This document shows, one piece after another, positions 13,663 to 23,312 of a stretch of 64,000 nt of DNA. The notes beneath the pieces are model-generated. The model did no database searches. It was not told where the DNA came from and was given only the letters and a program-made list of their open reading frames with translations. The DNA comes from Octopus bimaculoides (taxonomy: Eukaryota). The stretch's first letter is position 1. Every line of letters begins with the position of its first letter. The position numbers and the translations under genes are program-made. The stretch lies in assembly GCF_001194135.2 (NCBI RefSeq), contig NC_068987.1, positions 2,233,210 through 2,297,209 of the forward strand. Reading direction: 5' to 3'.

Positions 13663-13705
13663 CTAGGGGTCAGCCACACTTAAGTGGCAATATACTACAC
13701 TTTAT
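13663..13705 (+). mobile_element. 3' terminal 43 bp of the hammerhead-bearing element, second copy next to a gap
   Basis: Identical to 16307-16349 (CTAGGGGTCAGCCACACTTAAGTGGCAATATACTACACTTTAT). Confidence 0.8.
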
Positions 13706-13770
13706 CGTGCAGTTACTGTTAATACTTCATTTAGAGAATTAACATTGCTTATATATATATATATATATAT

Positions 13771-14026
13771 TTATTCTTTTACTTGTTTCAGTCATTTGAC
13801 TGTGGCCATGCTGGAGCACCTCCTTTAGTCGAACAAATCGACAGCAAGACTTATTCTTTGTAAGCCTAGTACTTATTCTATCGGGTTTTTTTTTTTGCCG
13901 AACCGCTAGGTTACGGGGACGTAAACAAACCAGCATCGGTTGTCAAGCGATGGTGGGGGGACAAACAGACATACGCACAAACGCACATACACACATACAC
14001 ACACACATACACATCCACACACCCAC

Positions 14027-14060
<34 letters not shown>

Positions 14061-14146
14061 GACGGGCTTCTTTCAGTTTCCGTCTACCAAATCCACTTAT
14101 AATGTTTTAGCCGGTCCGAGGCTATAGTAGAAGACACTTGCCCAAG
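13771..14146 (-). mobile_element. Composite SINE A-(microsatellite)-B, 5'-truncated
   Basis: Module B at 13771-13975, internal CA/TA repeat, module A 3' half at 14060-14146. Same layout as 56011-56520 (+). Confidence 0.85.
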
Positions 14147-14500
14147 TATTGAGCTAGCATGGTCGCAGTCGAATTACGGAAAGTAGTAAAACAGTATAAG
14201 ATTAAAAATATATAAAATTATATACAATTAAAAACAATACAAGTAATAATTTCGTATCTCTAAATCTATGTTCGAGTGTGTGTATATATATATATATATA
14301 TATNNNNNNNNNNNNNNNNNNNNNNNNNNNNNNNNNNNNNNNNNNNNNNNNNNNNNNNNNNNNNNNNNNNNNNNNNNNNNNNNNNNNNNNNNNNNNNNNN
14401 NNNNNNNNNNNNNNNNNNNNNNNNNNNNNNNNNNNNNNNNNNNNNNNNNNNNNNNNNNNNNNNNNNNNNNNNNNNNNNNNNNNNNNNNNNNNNNNNNTAT

Positions 14501-14666
14501 GCGCAGGAGTGGTTGTGTGGTGAGTAGCTTGCTTACCAACCACATGGTTCTGGGTTCAGTCCCACTGCGTGGCACCTTCAGCAAGTGTCTTTTATTATAG
14601 CTTCGGGCCGACCAAAGCCTTGGGAATGGATTTGTTAGACGGAAACTGAAAAGAAGCCTGTCGTAT
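14501..14666 (+). mobile_element. SINE family A 5' module, near intact
   Basis: GCGCAGGAGTGGTTGTGTGG (A-box-like) ... GGTTCAGTCCC (B-box-like) ... GAAGCCTGTCG then (TA)n. Confidence 0.85.
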
Positions 14667-15134
14667 ATATATATATATATATATATCGCACGCACATATA
14701 TGTTAGATTTCTTTACTCTGGATATGAAATATGAAAACAGTTCAAGCAATAACCCACCACAAGCTCACAGGTTGTTGTTTGTTACTCGTTAAAGGTCGTT
14801 GTCAGATTTGAAGTGAAAGTATTTCATAACCTTTAGATTTCAAAAGAATCTATAAATTTGAAAGCTTACTGTTGAAGACTTGTGGTTTTCCCATTTCATT
14901 GCAAATGAAAGATGAGAAAAATTTATCTGCAAGTCTCAGTAAATGTGATTTATGGCGTCTATATACGTTTTATAAACTGACACCTTTCAATTTAGACTAA
15001 TGTCGATGCTATTTGCTGGATCTTCTTATATGTTTATGAACACATGTATAATATGAATACATATTATGTTATATATATATAAGAATCCATGGATCAGAGA
15101 ATGCAGGATCTGGCATATTGGGCAATCGAGTTGG

Positions 15135-15313
15135 TTGTTATTATTATTCAAGACGTCGCACGGTGTCCAATATCGCGAGGTTGACGATTGAAGATAGTGT
15201 GTCTACCGGGGATTTGCACTGTCTGTCAAGTCACAAGAAGGACCTCAGACAGACAGTACTTCACACAATATGCGTGCAGTTCCAAGTAATGCCGATTTTT
15301 GCAATACACCTAG
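15135..15313 (-). mobile_element. 5'-truncated 3' end of an RLE-type non-LTR retrotransposon (R4/Dong-like) within a (TAA)n microsatellite
   Basis: Minus frame LGVLQKSALLGTARILCEVLSV* matches the QK..LLGTARIL..VL C-terminus of restriction-like-endonuclease LINEs. About 100 bp of 3' UTR follows, with (TAA)n on both sides. Confidence 0.75.
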
Positions 15314-15382
<69 letters not shown>

Positions 15383-15406
15383 ATTATTATTATTATTATT
15401 ATTATT
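15314..15406 (+). repeat. (ATT)n microsatellite
   Basis: Directly visible. Confidence 0.95.
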
Positions 15407-16071
15407 CAGTAGTCTTATTTTTACCACGTGCTTTCACAGCACTACCGAGCGCAGCTCGATGTATCTTGAGTATGTGCTGTGGTTTGTTGTGATGCTTTTA
15501 TTTTCACTGTATTGAAAGTGTTTTACGTAGGATCTATGCAGTGCCTAGTAGTTCTATTTTCTGTATGTTACATATATTTGTTAGTCCTTGTGTTTTTGTT
15601 ATTTATTTGCTTGAATATTTATTTTTATCATACCTAATGCGCCTACTATGATAGGAATTGTTTCTACCTTTAGTCACCGCATTCAAGTTACCTCTATTTC
15701 CAGGTCTTTGTATTTTGAAAGTTTTTGCATTTCTTTTAGAGAAACGTTGTCATCTCATGGTACTGATACATCTATTAGAAACCAGTTTTGTCCTTGGTGA
15801 TCTCTGACAGCTATATCTGGCCTATTGGCCTTAATTTCTCTATCTGTGTGTGCTCTCTGTCTTTGCTTCAGATGTCACTCCAAAATCTTTGACGTTCAAT
15901 GTTATCTGGTATATATATATATATNNNNNNNNNNNNNNNNNNNNNNNNNNNNNNNNNNNNNNNNNNNNNNNNNNNNNNNNNNNNNNNNNNNNNNNNNNNN
16001 NNNNNNNNNNNNNNNNNNNNNNNNNNNNNNNNNNNNNNNNNNNNNNNNNNNNNNNNNNNNNNNNNNNNNNN

Positions 16072-16349
16072 TGAAGAATTTCACTTGAAAAGAAGATATA
16101 AGATTGCCAGGTTTTTGTCTCTCTCACCAAGGTCAGCGGCTATCGGACGCCGACGAAGGGAAATAACCCTGAAATCCGGATCCGTTCGTGCTGCAGATGT
16201 TGGTGAGAGGGATAACTACCCTTGGCAAACAGGACGCAGTCGTGTGTCGATAAGCCAGCTGGAGGAGATGTCCTCCTGGGGCTAAAAGCAACAGTAACAT
16301 CCACCCCTAGGGGTCAGCCACACTTAAGTGGCAATATACTACACTTTAT
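16072..16349 (+). mobile_element. Hairpin-rich non-coding repeat carrying a type I hammerhead ribozyme, bordered by (TA)n; candidate retrozyme or PLE pseudo-LTR
   Basis: Hammerhead at 16117-16213, further hairpins at 16261-16276, 16303-16314 and 16317-16332; 3' end duplicated at 13663-13705. The 5' end is lost in an N-gap. Confidence 0.6.
16117..16213 (+). ncRNA. Type I hammerhead ribozyme motif (U4C core variant)
   Basis: Stem I CGGACG(16144-49)/CGUUCG(16183-88); core CCGACGA(16150-56); stem II AGGG/CCCU with loop AAAUAA; GAAA(16171-74); palindromic stem III AUCCGGAU; AUC cleavage triplet ending at 16182. Stem I extends via a GCUAU bulge to CAGCG/UGCUG and CUCUCACCAA/UUGGUGAGAG. Confidence 0.8.
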
Positions 16350-16452
16350 ATATATATATATATATATATATCTTTTATATCGATTAATGTTGGAATGTCT
16401 CCCTTTGATCGATGCAAACCCCACCTGTTTTTGAGTGTTTTTGCAACTCCAT

Positions 16453-16590
16453 GTCGAGGGCCCATGTATCCAAGATCCACTTTGCCTTTCATCCTTTCGA
16501 GCTCGATATATTAAGTACCAGAGAAACACTGGAGTTGATGTAATCGACTCATACCCTTCTCTAAAATGGCTGCCCTTGTGGAAAAATTTG
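16453..16590 (+). mobile_element. SINE family C 3' fragment with a variant tail
   Basis: ACTTTGCCTTTCATCCTTTCG...TTAAGTACCAG...GATGTAATCGACT is shared with 18020-18095. Confidence 0.7.
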
Positions 16591-16630
16591 AAACCATTAT
16601 TATTATTATTACTATTATTATTATTATTAT

Positions 16631-16666
<36 letters not shown>

Positions 16667-16694
16667 AAGTAGTAGTAGTAGTAGTAGCAGCAGC

Positions 16695-16744
<50 letters not shown>

Positions 16745-16772
16745 TAGTAGTAATAGTAGTAGTAGTAGTAGT

Positions 16773-17024
16773 AGTGAGTGAAAGAGCAGCACATGCCATC
16801 AAAGTAACACCGGGGTACAAATATACGAAGCCCAGTATACCCATCATGACTACCCGTCTGATAAGGGTACACCAGGCACATGCATCACAACCATATGTCC
16901 GCGACATGGTGATCTCATATCAAGATTAACAGCGCATGACCTCGCAGGTGGGGCCCAGTTACAATTTTCTTCAGATTGAGTAGTGCATCTAGCTCGAAAG
17001 GTCCCTGAAGAAGGATTGTTTAAG
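16773..17024 (-). mobile_element. Probable 3' UTR end of a non-LTR retroelement with a trinucleotide tail, inserted in a trinucleotide microsatellite
   Basis: Complex 250-bp block with sharp boundaries. On the minus strand it ends ...CTCTTTCACTCACT followed by (ACT/AAT)n, and the other side is (ATT/GTT)n. The family assignment is inference. Confidence 0.5.
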
Positions 17025-17159
17025 TATTATTATTATTGCTGTTGTTGTTGTTGTTGTTGTTGTTATAATTATTATTGTTATTGTTATTATTGTTATTATT
17101 ATTATTACTATTATTATTATTGCTGTTAATGTTATTATTATTACTTTGATTATTTACCG

Positions 17160-17291
17160 AGGCGGCGAGCTAACACGCCGTGCAAATTGCTTAGAAGCAT
17201 TTCGCCCGTCCTGACTTTCTGAGTTCAAATTCCGCTGAAGTCGACTTTGCCTTTTATCTTTTCGGGGTCGAGTACTGGGGTCGATGTAATC
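17160..17291 (+). mobile_element. SINE family C, internally deleted copy
   Basis: GGCGGCGAGCT...GAGTTCAAATTCCGC (B-box-like)...GTCGACTTTGCC; homologous to 17928-18163. Confidence 0.8.
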
Positions 17292-17927
17292 CTGAAGAGA
17301 GAAATAGAGAGAGATAGAGACAGACAGACAGACAGGCAGAAAGACAGAGAGAGCTAGATAGGCATACATATACATTATTGGTGTAGGGTACTTACTAAAA
17401 CCGAGTAAACGCCTCGGGAAGAAACTCTAAACACATGAGTTATCACTGTGGCAATCTCAGAGAGTAAAATATATTATCTGGATAAAGCATTTTGTTCTCA
17501 CTCTCGGTTTTGTAAGAACAAGCGTACCTACGTCTGGATGGGTGTAAATATGTGTGTGTGTACCTGTGCGTCAGTGTGTGTGCGCACTTGGACCCCCCCC
17601 CCCANNNNNNNNNNCCCCCCCCCCCCAACACACACACACACAGATATCCATTTGGCTTGTAGGTTAGGAAATTATCAACACTATACATCACTGTGATATA
17701 TATGTATATATGTATTATATATATATTACATAAACACACGTTCTTTTCGTTCATTTATCTTCCATGTTGTGACAAAATATTAACGGAACATAAATTAAAT
17801 TACTTTCAACTTACTTAAAAAAAGCAAAAAAAACTGAAGCCTGGAAAAATATATTCATCCATTCCTTAAGAATAATCATCATTATTATTGCGCTGAGTTA
17901 AAAGAGTTGCAATATTTTACTTACTTA

Positions 17928-18240
17928 GGGCGGTGAGCTGGCAGAAACGTTAAGCACGCCGGGCGAAATACTTATTTGTATTTCGTCTGCCGTTATGTTC
18001 TGAGTTCAAATTCCGCCGAGGTCGACTTTGTCTTTCATCCTTTCGGGGTCGATAAATTAAGTACCAGTTACGCACTGGGTCGATGTAATCGACTTAATCC
18101 CTTTGTCTGTCCTTGTTTGTCCTCTCTATGTTTAGCCCCCTGTGGGCAATAAAAAAATAAGAAACGTTAGCACGCCGGGCAAAATGCTTAGCGGTATTTC
18201 GTCTGCCGCTACGTTCTGAGTTCAAATTCCTTTCGGGGTG
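17928..18240 (+). mobile_element. SINE family C full copy (17928-18163) plus a head-to-tail partial copy (18161-18240)
   Basis: The second unit restarts at GAAACGTTAGCACGCCGGGC immediately after the A-rich tail. Confidence 0.85.
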
Positions 18241-18350
18241 CATTTTGATGCCATTCTCAGGTTTGTTGCACAGTATGTGTTTATAATGAGTGTAATGTGG
18301 TTGTCTGTGATGGGTCAGAGACTGAGACTCAGAACCTGGCATAGAATATA

Positions 18351-18583
18351 TTTATTTTTTTATTGTCCACAAGGGGCTAAACATAGAGGGGACAAACAAG
18401 GACAGACAAAGGAATTAGATAGATTACATCGACCCCAGTGCGTAACATGTACTTAATTTATCGACCCCGAAAGGATGAAAGGCAAAGTCGACCACGGCGG
18501 AATTTGAACTCAGAACGTAACGGCAAACGAAATACCGCTAAGCATTTCGCCCGGCGCGCTAACGTTTCTGCCAGCTCGCTACC
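18351..18583 (-). mobile_element. SINE family C full copy
   Basis: Reverse complement of 17928-18163 at high identity. Confidence 0.9.
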
Positions 18584-18770
18584 ATTAGGCATTGAATATA
18601 TTTGTGTAACGAGTGTTGAGTTACATTATTGGGTAACAACTGCGTAGAATATGAATCTGGCGAGGTATTGGCGGCATAGTGTGGAATATCCAAAATATGA
18701 GGTTGTATATTTTATGATATTCCATCGGATAACGAATGTATAGTTTATATGTAGAACATATAGGGTAGAT

Positions 18771-19005
18771 CTGTTTTTCTTAAACATTTTTTTTTTTTTG
18801 CACACGGATTCCTTTGGTTCCCATTTTACCAGGGTTGACCTTCATAGCCATTCGATGTCCAAAAAATCCCAGCATATTTTTAGAATTATCATTAGGAATT
18901 GCACAAAAGAATTAAGATATTTAGTGAATTTAAAAAGTATGACCAATTTATTGCAGATAAGTTTCAGTAAAAAAATCTTTTATGGACCCCGCTTGAAAAA
19001 CACTG
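18771..19005. mobile_element. hAT (Charlie-like) MITE of 235 bp with the 8-bp TSD GGGTAGAT
   Basis: GGGTAGAT at 18763-18770 and 19006-19013. The right end TTGAAAAACACTG is the reverse complement of CAGTGTTTTTCAA; the left end CTGTTTTTC is the same TIR missing 2 nt. Confidence 0.75.
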
Positions 19006-19833
19006 GGGTAGATCAAATTTTAATCATTCGGTGTACGTTGTTATAGGCAGCAACATATAATAGAATAGATTTCATGTTTCGGTGAATACTAAGGTAAATA
19101 CCAGCGAAATACTGGGGCGCCACTCAAGTACTGTGATAGAATAATCAAAGAACCACTCCCCCAGGATGTGTGGCATTGAATTTACGTTCACAAAGTCTGT
19201 TAGATCTCGTCTTTCCTGTATAATTTGTGACTCAAAAAGACATAAAAATTAAACAACGCAGATGAAACAAGAGCGACCAAAACTACAAATAAACTTCAAT
19301 CTATCTCGTTAACATTTTTGGTAGTTTGCAGTGGTTTTGTACCGAAAATCCGAGTCATCCTTCATTATATCTCAAATGGAAGACTAATTCTAAGAATTTC
19401 TTTTTCTTCTATTTCTTCAGACAGAGCGAAGAGCTATTGCAATGATATATTTTCATCTTTAATTGTATAGAGAAAGTTTTTTTGAAATTAATATATAAAT
19501 TCCATAGAGCGAATAGCGATTAGGAATTGGACGTGAGCTAATTAAGAAGATATTCTCTCTATCAGAACTGCATAAACTGGCAATTACCAAATATTTCAGA
19601 ATATTACAGTAGAGACGAATATTTGTGTACGTGTGTATGTGTATGCGTTCGTATATATCCGTTGACACACACATACACAAATATATATGTATGTGCATAT
19701 ATTCGTTATGTATACAGATGCATGTGTATGTTCACATATGTATTCACACGTACATATCATCTGTATATGCAATATGTATATGTATATTTGTATACATCTC
19801 CATATATATAAGCATGTATATGCATATACATAC

Positions 19834-19865
<32 letters not shown>

Positions 19866-20997
19866 NNNNNNNNNNNNNNNNNNNNNNNNNNNNNNNNNNN
19901 NNNNNNNNNNNNNNNNNNNNNNNNNNNNNNNNNNNNNNNNNNNNNNNNNNNNNNNNNNNNNNNNNNNNNNNNNNNNNNNNNNNNNNNNNNNNNNNNNNNN
20001 NNNNNNNNNNNNNNNNNNNNNNNNNNNNNNNNNNNNNNNNNNNNNNNNNNNNNNNNNNNNNNNNNNNNNNNNNNNNNNNNNNNNNNNNNNNNNNNNNNNN
20101 NNNNNNNNNNNNNNNNNNNNNNNNNNNNNNNNNNNNNNNNNNNNNNNNNNNNNNNNNNNNNNNNNNNNNNNNNNNNNNNNNNNNNNNNNNNNNNNNNNNN
20201 NNNNNNNNNNNNNNNNNNNNNNNNNNNNNNNNNNNNNNNNNNNNNNNNNNNNNNNNNNNNNNNNNNNNNNNNNNNNNNNNNNNNNNNNNNNNNNNNNNAG
20301 CATTTAATTAGAAAAAGTATAACTGCAGTACGAGGCTGATGCTGTAGCTTGGACTGAATCAAACTAATCATTGAAACATACAACATATACACAAACGCAC
20401 AAATACCTGCCTATATATATATATTAATATATATATATATATATATACGTGTGTGTGTATGCATGTGTGTGTATGTGTGTGTGTATGTAGGTGCGTATGT
20501 ATGAGCAGAGTCGAGTAAACGGTAGAGCACCAGAGATCAAAGGCACAATGAGTTCTTATCTCAATTATTTTAGAACAAAGCATAATTCCTTTAAGCCATT
20601 TGCGAAGTGTGATGTGTGTGTGTGTGTGTACGTGTGTGTGTGTGTGTGTGTACGTGTGTGTGTGTGTGTGCGTGTCTGTGTGTGTGTGTGAATTCATGAG
20701 TACATATATGTATGTATGTATGTATGTAGTATGAATGTATGTATTTATATATATATATGTGTGTGTGTGCACATGTGTATATACATTTATATATATGTAT
20801 ATACACACACATATATATACATATATATATGCATATATATACATACATATATATACATATATATATATATATTTGTGTGTGTGTGTGTGTGTGTATGTAT
20901 ACATGTGTATGTATATACATACACATGTATGCATGCATTTCACGTGGGTGTATAATGGTTGTATTTTCTACACCGTTAAATATCAGCAAATATCAAT

Positions 20998-21032
<35 letters not shown>

Positions 21033-21260
21033 ATATGTATTATGTATGTATGTATGTATATCCATTAATGGAGTGGATGAATTATTGAAAGACCCATTGG
21101 TGGTGGCCATGTTTTGGTGTTATAGTCATACACAATAACTTATGTTATATCAACACGATACTCAAGTGTCCCATCATTTAATCAAGTTGCTGTCGCACCA
21201 TGAATACGTATATATATTATATTATGTATATATATATATATATATTATATTATGTAGAGA

Positions 21261-21756
21261 CAGTAATCCCTCACCTTATCGCGATTCTGCTATCGCGCTC
21301 TCAGTACATCGCGGATTTTTTCTGGCTAATATGTAAATTTATATCGTGGACTCCTCAGTATATCACGGGTTTCTGCGACCGATAGATATTTATATATTTT
21401 TAGATTTTAACTATTTCTGTAGTAAAATAAGCATTTTCACGCCTAAAAATTAATAAATTTATAAATCAAAATACAGTATAGTACTGCGCTATATAACACA
21501 TTAATTAAAATATATTAAAAGAAAATTCGTAATGTACCCTGGATGAGTAAACAAAGAATTGCACATACTGTATGGAAAGCGAAACTCAGGAAGTGAGTGT
21601 GTGGTGTTGTTTTGCATTTATAATAAAATAAATATACGCAAATTATAAAAATAGTTTTAAAAATATATACGGTACAGAACTGTTTCTACTTCGCGGATTT
21701 TTACGTATCGCAGGGTTTTTTGTAACGTAACACCCGCGATAATAGAGGGATTACTG
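21261..21756. mobile_element. Tigger/pogo-type (Tc1/mariner superfamily) MITE of about 500 bp
   Basis: TIRs CAGTAATCCCTCACCTTATCGCG (21261-83) and CGCGATAATAGAGGGATTACTG (21735-56), first 12 nt perfectly inverted; TA follows the right end; no coding capacity. Confidence 0.85.
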
Positions 21757-22400
21757 TATATTATGTTATATAAATATATCATATTATGTATATTTATCAT
21801 ATTATGTATATATANNNNNNNNNNNNNNNNNNNNNNNNNNNNNNNNNNNNNNNNNNNNNNNNNNNNNNNNNNNNNNNNNNNNNNNNNNNNNNNNNNNNNN
21901 NNNNNNNNNNNNNNNNNNNNNNNNNNNNNNNNNNNNNNNNNNNNNNNNNNNNNNNNNNNNNNNNNNNNNNNNNNNNNNNNNNNNNNNNNNNNNNNNNNNN
22001 NNNNNNNNNNNNNNNNNNNNNNNNNNNNNNNNNNNNNNNNNNNNNNNNNNNNNNNNNNNNNNNNNNNNNNNNNNNNNNNNNNNNNNNNNNNNNNNNNNNN
22101 NNNNNNNNNNNNNNNNNNNNNNNNNNNNNNNNNNNNNNNNNNNNNNNNNNNNNNNNNNNNNNNNNATATATATATATATATATATATAGCATATATAGTA
22201 TATATATAAAGGATTTTCACCCAATGACGAAATGTAATAGATATGTAGTCTTTATGCTCGGTTTAGTTTACCGCTAAAACTCCGATTCGAACTGCAACTA
22301 AGAAGAAGTTGGTGCTGAGGCTGCCTATCAAAGCTGGCTAGAAGCAGTACATCGTGGTGCGGGTGTATATTTATACATTAGAAATAGAGAAGTAAACACA

Positions 22401-22544
22401 TGTGGCATCAGCTTAATGCCTTTGATTTATAATTTCTACAACCCTAACACACACACACACATATAAACATGTTTGTGTGTGTGTGTGTGTGTGTGTGTTA
22501 GGTTTGTAGTAATTATAAATTAAAGGCATTACACTGATACCACA
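22401..22544. repeat. Fold-back inverted repeat with arms of about 60 bp
   Basis: The left arm 22401-22460 pairs with 22475-22544 with about 6 mismatches in the unique part; the loop contains the palindrome AAACATGTTT. Confidence 0.85.
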
Positions 22545-22650
22545 CACATATACGTGTGCGTGTGTGTGTGTATATAAATATATATATATATATATACGTG
22601 AGTGTATATGTGTGTGTGTGTGCGTTTATGTATATATGTATATATATGTA

Positions 22651-22988
22651 GTGAAGGCGCATGGCTCAGTGGTTAGATCGTCGAATTTGCGATCGTGAGG
22701 TTGGGAATTCGAATCCCGGACCGGGCTGCGTGTTGTGTTCTTGAGCAAGACACTTTATTTCACATTGCTCCAGCTCACTCAGCTGTAGAAATGAGTTGCG
22801 ACATCACTGGTGCCAAGCTGTATCGGCCCCTTTGCCTTTCCCTTGGATAACATCAGTGGTGTGGAGAGGGGAGGCTGGTATGCATGGGCGACTGCTGGTC
22901 TCCCATAAACAATCTTGCCCAGACTTGTGCGTCGAAGGGTAACTTTCTAGGTGCAGTCCCATGATCATTCATGACTTGAGGGAGTCTC
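22651..22988 (+). mobile_element. tRNA-headed SINE family D with a conserved central domain and tail X
   Basis: A box TGGCTCAGTGG, B box ATTCGAATCC, then GTGTTGTGTTCTTGAGCAAGACACTTTATTTCACATTGCTCCAG, which resembles the CORE/Meta-type SINE central domains. No tRNA 3' acceptor arm. Confidence 0.85.
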
Positions 22989-23261
22989 CGATATATATGT
23001 ATACATATATATGTTTGCGTGCGTATGTGTGTATGTGTATATGTATGCACATAGATATGTATGTATATATCCCTATATAATCTGAGAGGGATAAATGCGG
23101 TAAACAAAGAAATCCATAGCGAGAGAGACAGAAGGAAGTAAGACGTTAAAAAATCCATTTCGAAATGTAAAATTTTATCCTGAATTGATTAAAATTGAAT
23201 TTTGTAAATGACATCTTCAATGATAAAAGGTGCATGAAAGTCACATTTTGATTTTAATAAA

Positions 23262-23312
<51 letters not shown>

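Noticed and set aside
22651-22730. tRNA-like sequence with A and B boxes (also 42330-42410 on the minus strand)
   Set aside because: No closing acceptor stem, and it runs straight into the SINE body; these are SINE heads, not tRNA genes.
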